From contig JBEUKZ010000054.1 of assembly GCA_048128005.1 (NCBI GenBank), positions 806,001-870,000 on the forward strand: a stretch of 64,000 nt of DNA. Direction: 5' to 3'. A program made the position numbers and the translations under genes. Numbering within the stretch: the stretch's first letter is position 1; each line of letters starts with the position of its first letter. Under the pieces are notes generated by a model. The model was not told where the DNA came from and did not search any database. It saw only the letters and a program-made list of their open reading frames with translations. Origin of the DNA: Veleropilina oligotropha. Taxonomy: Eukaryota. Shown here one piece after another: positions 36,201-47,331 of this stretch.

Positions 36201-39200
36201 TCTGTTTCTCAAGTGCCTGATTGTATGCATGCTCCATCATATATCCCCTGTTCCTCTAGTGCCTGATTGTATGCTTGCTCCATCATATATCCCCTGTTCC
36301 TCTAGTGCCTGATTGTATGCTTGCTCCATCATATATTCTCTGTTTATCCAGTGCATGATTGTATGCTTGCTCCATCATATATTCTCTGTTTCTCCAGTGC
36401 CTGATTGTATGCTTGATCCATCATATATCCCCTGTTCCTCTAGTGCCTGATTGTATGCTTGCTCCATCATATATTCTCTGTTTCTCCATGGCCTGATTGT
36501 ATGCTTGCTCCATCATATATTCTCTGTTTCTCCAGTGCCTGATTGCATGCATGCTCCATCATATATTCACTGTCCCTCGAGTGCCTGATTGTATGCTTGC
36601 TCCATCATATATTCTCTGTTTCTCCAGTGCATGATTGCATGCATGCTCCATCATATATCCCCTGTTCCTCTAGTGCCTGATTGTATGCTTGCTCCATCAC
36701 ATATTCTCTGTTTCTCCAGTGCATGATTGCATGCTTGCTCCATCATATATCCCCTGTTCCTCTAGTGCCTGATTGTATGCATGCTCCATCATATATTCTC
36801 TGTTTCTCCAGTGCCTGATTGTATGCTTGCTCCATCATATATTCTCTGTTTCTCCAGTGCCTGATTGTATGCTTGATCCATCATATATCCCCTGTTCCTC
36901 TAGTGCCTGATTGTATGCTTGCTCCATCATATATTCTCTGTTTCTCCATGGCCTGATTGTATGCTTGCTCCATCATATATTCTCTGTTTCTCCAGTGCCT
37001 GATTGCATGCATGCTCCATCATATATTCACTGTCCCTCGAGTGCCTGATTGTATGCTTGCTCCATCATATATTCTCTGTTTCTCCAGTGCATGATTGCAT
37101 GCATGCTCCATCATATATCCCCTGTTCCTCTAGTGCCTGATTGTATGCTTGCTCCATCACATATTCTCTGTTTCTCCAGTGCATGATTGCATGCTTGCTC
37201 CATCATATATCCCCTGTTCCTCTAGTGCCTGATTGTATGCTTGCTCCATCACATATTCTCTGTTTCTCCAGTGCATGATTGCATGCTTGCTCCATCATAT
37301 ATCCCCTGTTCCTCTAGTGCCTGATTGTATGCTTGCTCCATCATATATTCTCTGTTCCTCTAGTGCATGATTGTATGCTTGCTCCATCATATATCCCCTG
37401 TTCCTCTAGTGCCTGATTGTATGCTTGCTCCATCATATATCCCCTGTTCCTCTAGTGCCTGATTGTATGCTTGCTCCATCATATATTCTCTGTTTCTCCA
37501 GTGCTTGATTGCATGCTTGCTCCATCATATATTCTCTGTTTCTCTATGGCCTGATTGTATGCATGCTCCATCATATATTCTCTGTTTCTCCATGGCCTGA
37601 TTGTATGCTTGCTCCATCATATATTCTCTGTTTCTCCATGGCCTGATTGCATGCATGCTCCATCATATATCCCCTGTTCCTCTAGTGCCTGATTGTATGC
37701 TTGCTCCATCATATATTCTCTGTTTCTCCATGGCCTGATTGCATGCATGCTCCATCATATATCCCCTGTTCCTCTAGTGCCTGATTGTATGCTTGCTCCA
37801 TCATATATTCTCTGTTTCTCCAGTGCCTGATTGTATGCTTGCTCCATCATATATTCTCTGTTTCTCCAGTGCCTGATTGTATGCATGCTCCATCATATAT
37901 TCTCTATTTCTCCAGTGCCTGATTGTATGCTTGCTCCATCATATATTCTCTGTTTCTCCAGTGCATGATTGCATGCATGCTCCATCACATATTCTCTGTT
38001 TCTCCATGGCCTGATTGTATGCTTGCTCCATCATATATTCTCTGTTTCTCCATGGCCTGATTGCATGCATGCTCCATCATATATCCCCTGTTCCTCTAGT
38101 GCCTGATTGTATGCTTGCTCCATCATATATTCTCTGTTTCTCCATGGCCTGATTGCATGCATGCTCCATCATATATCCCCTGTTCCTCTAGTGCCTGATT
38201 GTATGCTTGCTCCATCATATATTCTCTGTTTCTCCAGTGCCTGATTGTATGCTTGATCCATCATATATCCCCTGTTCCTCTAGTGCCTGATTGTATGCTT
38301 GCTCCATCATATATTCTCTGTTTCTCCAGTGCCTGATTGCATGCATGCTCCATCATATATTCACTGTCCCTCGAGTGCCTGATTGTATGCTTGCTCCATC
38401 ATATATTCTCTGTTTCTCCAGTGCATGATTGCATGCATGCTCCATCATATATCCCCTGTTCCTCTAGTGCCTGATTGTATGCTTGCTCCATCACATATTC
38501 TCTGTTTCTCCAGTGCATGATTGCATGCTTGCTCCATCATATATCCCCTGTTCCTCTAGTGCCTGATTGTATGCATGCTCCATCATATATTCTCTGTTTC
38601 TCCATGGCCTGATTGTATGCTTGCTCCATCATATATCCCCTGTTCCTCTAGTGCCTGATTGTATGCTTGCTCCATCACATATTCTCTGTTTCTCCAGTGC
38701 ATGATTGCATGCTTGCTCCATCATATATCCCCTGTTCCTCTAGTGCCTGATTGTATGCATGCTCCATCATATATTCTCTGTTTCTCCAGTGCCTGATTGT
38801 ATGCTTGCTCCATCATATATTCTCTGTTTCTCCATGGCCTGATTGCATGCATGCTCCATCATATATCCCCTGTTCCTCTAGTGCCTGATTGTATGCTTGC
38901 TCCATCATATATTCTCTGTTTCTCCATGGCCTGATTGCATGCATGCTCCATCATATATCCCCTGTTCCTCTAGTGCCTGATTGTATGCTTGCTCCATCAT
39001 ATATTCTCTGTTTCTCCAGTGCCTGATTGTATGCTTGCTCCATCATATATTCTCTGTTTCTCCATGGCCTGATTGCATGCATGCTCCATCATATATCCCC
39101 TGTTCCTCTAGTGCCTGATTGTATGCTTGCTCCATCATATATTCTCTGTTTCTCCATGGCCTGATTGCATGCATGCTCCATCATATATCCCCTGTTCCTC

Positions 39201-42200
39201 TAGTGCCTGATTGTATGCATGCTCCATCATATATTCTCTGTTTCTCCATGGCCTGATTGTATGCTTGCTCCATCATATATTCTCTGTTTCTCCATGGCCT
39301 GATTGCATGCATGCTCCATCATATATCCCCTGTTCCTCTAGTGCCTGATTGTATGCTTGCTCCATCATATATTCTCTGTTTCTCCAGTGCATGATTGCAT
39401 GCATGCTCCATCATATATCCCCTGTTCCTCTAGTGCCTGATTGTATGCATGCTCCATTATATATTCTCTATTTCTCCAGTGCCTGATTGTATGCTTGCTC
39501 CATCATATATTCTCTGTTTCTCCAGTGCATGATTGCATGCATGCTCCATCATATATCCCCTGTTCCTCTAGTGCCTGATTGTATGCTTGCTCCATCATAT
39601 ATTCTCTGTTTCTCCAGTGCATGATTGCATGCATGCTCCATCATATATCCCCTGTTCCTCTAGTGCCTGATTGTATGCTTGCTCCATCACATATTCTCTG
39701 TTTCTCCAGTGCATGATTGCATGCTTGCTCTATCATATATCCCCTGTTCCTCTAGTGCCTGATTGTATGCATGCTCCATCATATATTCTCTGTTTCTCCA
39801 GTGCCTGATTGTATGCTTGCTCCATCATATATTCTCTGTTTCTCCAGTGCCTGATTGTATGCATGCTCCATCATATATTCTCTATTTCTCCAGTGCCTGA
39901 TTGTATGCTTGCTCCATCATATATTCTCTGTTTCTCCAGTGCATGATTGCATGCATGCTCCATCATATATTCTCTGTTTCTCCAGTGCCTGATTGTATGC
40001 TTGCTCCATCATATATTCTCTGTTTCTCCAGTGCATGATTGCATGCATGCTCCATCATATATCCCCTGTTCCTCTAGTGCCTGATTGTATGCTTGCTCCA
40101 TCATATATTCTCTGTTTCTCCATGGCCTGATTGTATGCTTGCTCCATCATATATTCTCTGTTTCTCCATGGCCTGATTGTATGCTTGCTCCATCATATAT
40201 CCCCTGTTCCTCTAGTGCCTGATTGTATGCTTGCTCCATCACATATTCTCTGTTTCTCCAGTGCATGATTGCATGCTTGCTCCATCATATATCCCCTGTT
40301 CCTCTAGTGCCTGATTGTATGCTTGCTCCATCACATATTCTCTGTTTCTCCAGTGCATGATTGCATGCTTGCTCCATCATATATCCCCTGTTCCTCTAGT
40401 GCCTGATTGTATGCATGCTCCATCATATATTCTCTATTTCTCCAGTGCCTGATTGTATGCTTGCTCCATCATATATCCCCTGTTTCTCCAGTGCATGATT
40501 GCATGCATGCTCCATCATATATTCTCTGTTCCTCCAGTGCATGATTGCATGCATGCTCCATCATATATCCCCTGTTCCTCTAGTGCCTGATTGCATGCAT
40601 GCTCCATCATATATTCTCTGTTTCTCCAGTGCATGATTGCATGCATGCTCCATCATATATCCCCTGTTCCTCTAGTGCCTGATTGTATGCTTGCTCCATC
40701 ATATATCCCCTGTTCCTCTAGTGCCTGATTGTATGCTTGCTCCATCATATATTCTCTGTTTCTCCAGTGCATGATTGCATGCATGCTCCGTCATATATCC
40801 CCTGTTCCTCTAGTGCCTGATTGTATGCTTGCTCCATCATATATTCTCTGTTTCTCCAGTGCATGATTGCATGCATGCTCCGTCATATATCCCCTGTTCC
40901 TCTAGTGCCTGATTGCATGCTTGCTCCATCATATATCCCCTGTTCCTCTAGTGCCTGATTGTATGCTTGCTCCATCATATATTCTCTGTTTCTCCAGTGC
41001 ATGATTGCATGCATGCTCCGTCATATATCCCCTGTTCCTCTAGTGCCTGATTGCATGCTTGCTCCATCATATATCCCCTGTTCCTCTAGTGCCTGATTGT
41101 ATGCTTGCTCCATCATATATTCTCTGTTTCTCTATGGCCTGATTGTATGCTTGCTCCATCATATATTCTCTGTTTCTCCAGTGCATGATTGCATGCATGC
41201 TCCGTCATATATCCCCTGTTCCTCTAGTGCCTGATTGTATGCTTGCTCCATCATATATCCCCTGTTCCTCTAGTGCCTGATTGTATGCTTGCTCCATCAT
41301 ATATTCTCTGTTTCTCTATGGCCTGATTGTATGCTTGCTCCATCATATATTCTCTGTTTCTCTATGGCCTGATTGTATGCTTGCTCCATCATATATCCCC
41401 TGTTTCTCCATGGCCTGATTGTATGCTTGCTCCATCATATATTCTCTGTTTCTCCAGTGCATGATTGCATGCATGCTCCATCATATATCCCCTGTTCCTC
41501 TAGTGCCTGATTGTATGCTTGCTCCATCATATATTCTCTGTTTCTCCAGTGCATGATTGCATGCTTGCTCCATCATATATCCCCTGTTCCTCTAGTGCCT
41601 GATTGTATGCATGCTCCATCATATATTCTCTGTTTCTCCAGTGCCTGATTGTATGCTTGCTCCATCATATATTCTCTGTTTCTCCAGTGCCTGATTGTAT
41701 GCTTGCTCCATCATATATTCTCTGTTTCTCCAGTGCATGATTGCATGCATGCTCCATCATATATTCTCTGTTTCTCCATGGCCTGATTGTATGCTTGCTC
41801 CATCATATATTCTCTGTTTCTCCATGGCCTGATTGCATGCATGCTCCATCATATATCCCCTGTTCCTCTAGTGCCTGATTGTATGCTTGCTCCATCATAT
41901 ATTCTCTGTTTCTCCATGGCCTGATTGTATGCTTGCTCCATCATATGTTCTCTGTTTCTCCAGTGCCTGATTGTATGCTTGCTCCATCATATATTCTCTG
42001 TTTCTCCAGTGCATGATTGCATGCATGCTCCATCATATATCCCCTGTTCCTCTAGTGCCTGATTGTATGCTTGCTCCATCATATATTCTCTGTTTCTCCA
42101 GTGCATGATTGCATGCATGCTCCATCATATATCCCCTGTTCCTCTAGTGCCTGATTGTATGCTTGCTCCATCATATATTCTCTGTTTCTCCAGTGCCTGA

Positions 42201-43160
42201 TTGTATGCATGCTCCATCATATATTTGTTTCTCCATGGCCTGATTGCATGCATGCTCCATCATATATCCCCTGTTCCTCTAGTGCCTGATTGTGTGCTTG
42301 CTCCATCATATATTCTCTGTTTCTCCAGTGCCTGATTGTATGCATGCTCCATCATATATCCCCTGTTCCTCTAGTGCCTGATTGTATGCTTGCTCCATCA
42401 TATATTCTCTGTTTCTCCAGTGCATGATTGCATGCATGCTCCATCATATATCCCCTGTTCCTCTAGTGCCTGATTGTATGCTTGCTCCATCATATATTCT
42501 CTGTTTCTCCATGGCCTGATTGCATGCATGCTCCATCATATATCCCCTGTTCCTCTAGTGCCTGATTGTATGCTTGCTCCATCATATATTCTCTGTTTCT
42601 CCAGTGCATGATTGTATGCTTGCTCCATCATATATCCCCTGTTCCTCTAGTGCCTGATTGTATGCTTGCTCCATCATATATCCCCTGTTTCTCCAGTGCC
42701 TGATTGTATGCTTGCTCCATCATATATTCTCTGTTTCTCCATGGCCTGATTGCATGCATGCTCCATCATATATCCCCTGTTCCTCTAGTGCCTGATTGTA
42801 TGCTTGCTCCATCATATATTCTCTGTTTCTCCATGGCCTGATTGCATGCATGCTCCATCATATATCCCCTGTTCCTCTAGTGTCTGATTGTATGCTTGCT
42901 CCATCATATATTCTCTGTTTCTCCAGTGCATGATTGCATGCTTGCTCCATCATATATCCCCTGTTCCTCTAGTGCCTGATTGTATGCTTGCTCCATCATA
43001 TATTCTCTGTTTCTCCAGTGCCTGATTGTATGCTTGCTCCATCATATATCCCCTGTTCCTCTAGTGCCTGATTGTATGCTTGCTCCATCATATATTCTCT
43101 GTTTCTCCAGTGCCTGATTGTATGCTTGCTCCATCATATATTCTCTGTTTCTCTAGTGCC
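33212..43160. repeat. 46-bp satellite array, ~215 copies (~10 kb)
   Basis: Unit TGCCTGATTGTATGCTTGCTCCATCATATATTCTCTGTTTCTCCAG with interleaved variants (CCCCTGTTCCTCTAG, GCATGCATGC, CATGGCC). Confidence 0.97.
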
Positions 43161-43166
43161 CTAGGT

Positions 43167-43408
43167 GGCCGCTTCGACAGTCGTATTGGTTTTGGTTGCA
43201 GATTCCGCAAAATCATTGGCTTGATTCCCCTTACACAAACAGTAGTGGGTTCGAACCTCGGCTGGAACATAACATTATTTGTGCAAGGTATGAATCACAG
43301 TTGTCCATAACTGGTCGGAGAGGGTAATATGCTTATGGACATGTCCTGCTTTGAACTTAATGGTTGGAAATATACAGGATAAGCATTGATCCTTTCCTTT
43401 TCCTTCCT
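43167..43408 (+). mobile_element. SINE family B whose tail forms the exon 7 polypyrimidine tract
   Basis: GGCCGCTTCG head, GGGTTCGAACC B-box, tail CCTTTCCTTTTCCTTCCT; degenerate TSD AGTGCCCTAGGT / AGCGCCCTCGGT. Confidence 0.82.
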
Positions 43409-43411
43409 CAG

Positions 43412-43527
43412 CGCCCTCGGTCAGAGCGTGTGCCTCGTGTGCGGAGATGGGATGCTGAAGGAATCGTCAGGGTCTGGGAGCTGCGTCAGCTGCCCAGCGG
43501 GCTATCAGTGCCCGACCACCAGCGCAA
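43412..43527 (+). CDS. Exon 7, Cys-rich repeat protein
   Basis: cctcag|ALGQSVCLVCGDGMLKESSGSGSCVSCPAGYQCPTTSA|gtaag. Confidence 0.9.
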
Positions 43528-44060
43528 GTAAGGCAGTAGCAGAACGCATAGAAACTCGTTCAAAGTATTGAAATATGTTCTTATTCAGTTAAGTGCTTAT
43601 ACTTTTTGAACGAGTTTCAAATTTACTTTGTTGACATGCTAGATGCTTGCCCAAGTTTTTCAATTGATTATTAAAAAAAATTATTATTCTTTATTCGATT
43701 AAATTTGATTTGATTTGAAATCAATGTAGGACATTTAATGTTTTGTTAAGTTTCCTTATATACTTGTATTTGCACATGCATGTTATATTTCTTAGCATTT
43801 AACATACAATAGTTATGATACATTAGGCACAATTAATTTAAGTTTGTGCAATTTCTTTGACCCATACACCTTTAATATGTCATTTTTGCTACAAAAGGTT
43901 CAAATTATACTTCAACATTATCATGATATATATTTGCCAAGGGCGAACATTGCTTAGTACAATGTGTTCATGTTAAAACTTTCTGTTCTAAAGAACTTCA
44001 ATTAGTTACAAATTCAGAATTTCATAATGTTTCATGACAACTGTATTTTTGCCGTTTCAG

Positions 44061-44177
44061 AGATTGCCTGCACGTCCGGATTCTACTCTACTGGCGGCAT
44101 GACGTCCTGCATTGCCTGTGCGGCTGGCTGGTATCAAAGCCTCGCTACACAGACGGCATGCACAGAGTGTCCACTAG
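44061..44177 (+). CDS. Exon 8, Cys-rich repeat protein
   Basis: tttcag|IACTSGFYSTGGMTSCIACAAGWYQSLATQTACTECPL|gttag. Confidence 0.9.
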
Positions 44178-45124
44178 GTTAGGACTGTCTTATATATATG
44201 TAGTTACAAACTTACTTATGTCCTTACACTTGCCATAATAGTCATATTATCGCCAACCGGAAACAGTGAATAATGTCACATTTTATGCACTATTAAGTCA
44301 AACACTACGATTACCTCCCCTGCTCCCCCTCTATAAGTTCCCCCGGCGAGATCTCGCCAAGTCTCGCGAGATGTCCGAGCTCAAGGTCACAAGGCCTCAA
44401 TTCAAAGTTTTCCGCCATTACGGAAAAACGTGTTTAAGATTTGCTCCGCAAAATTGTCCGTATATTAATCTTTAAGACTTATAACTATTAACAAACATTA
44501 TAAGCACTGGGATTACCCTGTGGAGTGATATACATCAGTGATAGAAGAGAAGATTTGATTCTTGAAACTAACTTCAAAGAAAGTTGGAGTTTGAGTGTGA
44601 AACCGACATCGCCGCCATTGCCGATAAAAAGCATGGGCCGCTCAGAGGGGAAGTTTCGTGTGTAGAAGAAATTTCTGGTCGGTATAATATCTGATATTGT
44701 TTGAGACTGCAAACAAGGTAACTCATTATATTAGATAATTCCTTAACGACGTTTATTGCTGGTATTTACTGTATTAAATCTTTAACGTCGTTAAAAGGCA
44801 GGATTGTTTAGATATCAACGTTAGTTATTCTGATATCCTGCCGTTACTGGGATAATACACCACCGTACTAACTTAAAAACATCCACGAGGTTTTCAGGTG
44901 TTTTCTTGGGCGGTTTTTTCTAAGCCCCGTTTTTTAGTCTATTGCCGGGTTTTATTAACCGGCCTCGGTGTTCCCAGCGCGGGGTTAATTTCTGTATATC
45001 GGCCTGATCTTTGATCTTCAGATTAGGTACAATTAAAAGGTTGTAGTAGTAAGTCACAACTACCAAACATATACTTTTCTAAGCTACCCCGTCCACCCAC
45101 TACCACCCTCCCGTGTATTCAGCT

Positions 45125-47331
45125 ATGGTCCGGTGCAGCGACTCCGGGTGTAACCAGAAGATTCACGGATTTGATAGGCACACGGAATGCCGTATTCACC
45201 GTAACTGCAGTAAGTTATATCAATGTGAACTGTGCCTATGTTTGACAGTGAGACAGTGGGCGATCATCTTCCCACCAGTGAAGCCGACCAGGGCGGCTGC
45301 CACGGTGGGTCCACCCCCGGAGAAGGGACAAAATGGTAGGTCAGGGGATAACGTTTTTTTGTCTACTTCAGGGACGCTGGACGGCAGTCGATCTAGGGTA
45401 CCGTCTGTCGCCGGATCTACCGGCGAAACCTCCGCGACTCATGGGGGAGTCGCCGAAACCTTGCCGGGACCCCAGACTCAGGTAGGAGCCTGAGAGCTGT
45501 CCGATCCTCCTCAAACGGGCCTAGTAACCGCAGCCAACCATACCTTGCCGGCTAGCAAGGTATATCTGGCAGCGCGGCGAACCGCTGAACAGGGCAGACA
45601 ATCCCCATCCTATTCTTTGGCCTCGAAGAATGCGGGGAACGTTAGTCCTTCTGCGGGAAACTCTCCGCTTAGCGGCGGGGAGCAACCCAATGCGAAAGCC
45701 AATAAAGAGGCCAGACACCATTACGATGGTCTAAGATCCGGACAATTGGCGACACCTGAAACCTCGTCCGAGACCGACGCGACTAACCCTTGGGTTTTTC
45801 CGCCCAACCTCGGAGCTCACGACTGTTTCAGAGGGCCCGTTATCTCCCGTGCACCCACAGGGGCAACGCTAGATGACGCATACGGACCGGCTGCGTTCGG
45901 GCAGAGGTTTTACGGTGACCCGACCGTGCCTCGCTCGAACAGAGTGGTAGACCAGTACGGACTGTGGCCGCAGTCCTACAGGTCGCCCGTCCCACTGAAT
46001 GCGCCTTCGGGCCATTCCTTCGGGTACGACCGCTCGACGGGTGGCCCGAGACCCTGGTTCTCGGCTCCACCTGTCCGTGCAGCCCGTCAACCTTGCGCCA
46101 CGGTGACTTCGACCGAACTACCGGCTGTTAGTTCGACGCCCGTCATGCCTCCGGGTTTCTCGTACGAGAACTTCCAGGCTATGTTCGCGGCGGAGTTCGA
46201 GTCCCGCTGTAAGGCCTGGCGACCGGCTACCCAGCCGGCCCAGTTCCCTGCACCTCTGCCCGTGGCGCAGAGCACGGCTCCTGCATCGATGATGGAGATC
46301 GACCCTCGTTTCGACGAGGACCTCGACTCCACTCACTCCGACCTCCCTGAATCGGTCGGGCCCGAAGACGCTTGTAGTCTTTCAGGCACGCAGGAGCCGA
46401 TCTCCACCACCCGCCGAAGGCTGGACGCCATTGCGTCACTTCGGGGTGCTTGATCTGCCGGAACCGACTCGGTCGGATGTAGGCCCGATCAAGCACAGGA
46501 CGGCGGCACATCGGTTTGTTGAGAAGGAATCCCCCTTGCTTCCTTCCTTACCTCAGTCTGGGCTGGTTGATCTTGTCGTCGACACGACAACCAAGCTCGT
46601 TCAGGGGTGCAATCCGGTGGAGTCCTCCCCGCTGACCGAGTTCCCTTCGGGGTTCCGTAGTGGGAGGTACTGGTCCGTGCCTGGCGACTGAGCCGGCTCG
46701 TGTAGATGCAGCGATGCGTCGACTGACCGCCAGTCACACTCCCTCTGTGGCAAAAGTTCCTTGGGCCGCCTTGGAAGCTTTCGAGAGCTCCGCCCGACGG
46801 GTTCTGCGGCTGTCGTCCGTTCAGGATTTTTTCCTAGATGGGGCGATAGCCGTACTACAGGATGAAGGACCCGGCGCCCGCGAGGCAGCCCTGTCCTTCC
46901 TCCAGGAGGTTGCTGCCGTTATGGAGACCAGCGCGTTGGAGACGGGACGTGTCCTGGGTAACGCTCTCCTACTTCGTAGGGACGCTTGCCTGGAAGGCAC
47001 CTCGCTGGATGAGGCCACCCGGCGCTCATTGCGATGCGTGCCTTGTTCGGCCACCACTCTTTTTGGAGACAATTTTTCGGAATTCGTCGACAAGAGAGCA
47101 GCGGACCTGAAGGACTGTGCCATCGAGAAGGCGGTGCTGCACCCCCCCCCCCCCCGGGGTCCACCCGCCGACTCGAAGAAGCGTTCAGGGCCCACCCGGA
47201 CCCCGAAACCTTCCAAGCGTGCAAGGCCCTCTTCTAGTGGTAGGCCCCCGGCCAGTAAACCCACTCAGAAGAGGCAAGCACCTCCAACGAAATCCCGTCA
47301 GAGCGGGAGAGGGAAGCCGCCTCGGCCCTAG
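45125..47331 (+). pseudogene. gag: DIRS gag, disrupted
   Basis: Homologous to copy 1; in-frame TGA 45491 (CGA in copy 1), 2-nt loss near 46443, 38-nt loss near 46670 between GTAC repeats. Confidence 0.85.

Noticed and set aside
33212..43160. CRISPR-like array
   Set aside because: No unique spacers, only point variants of one unit; eukaryotic intron; no cas genes
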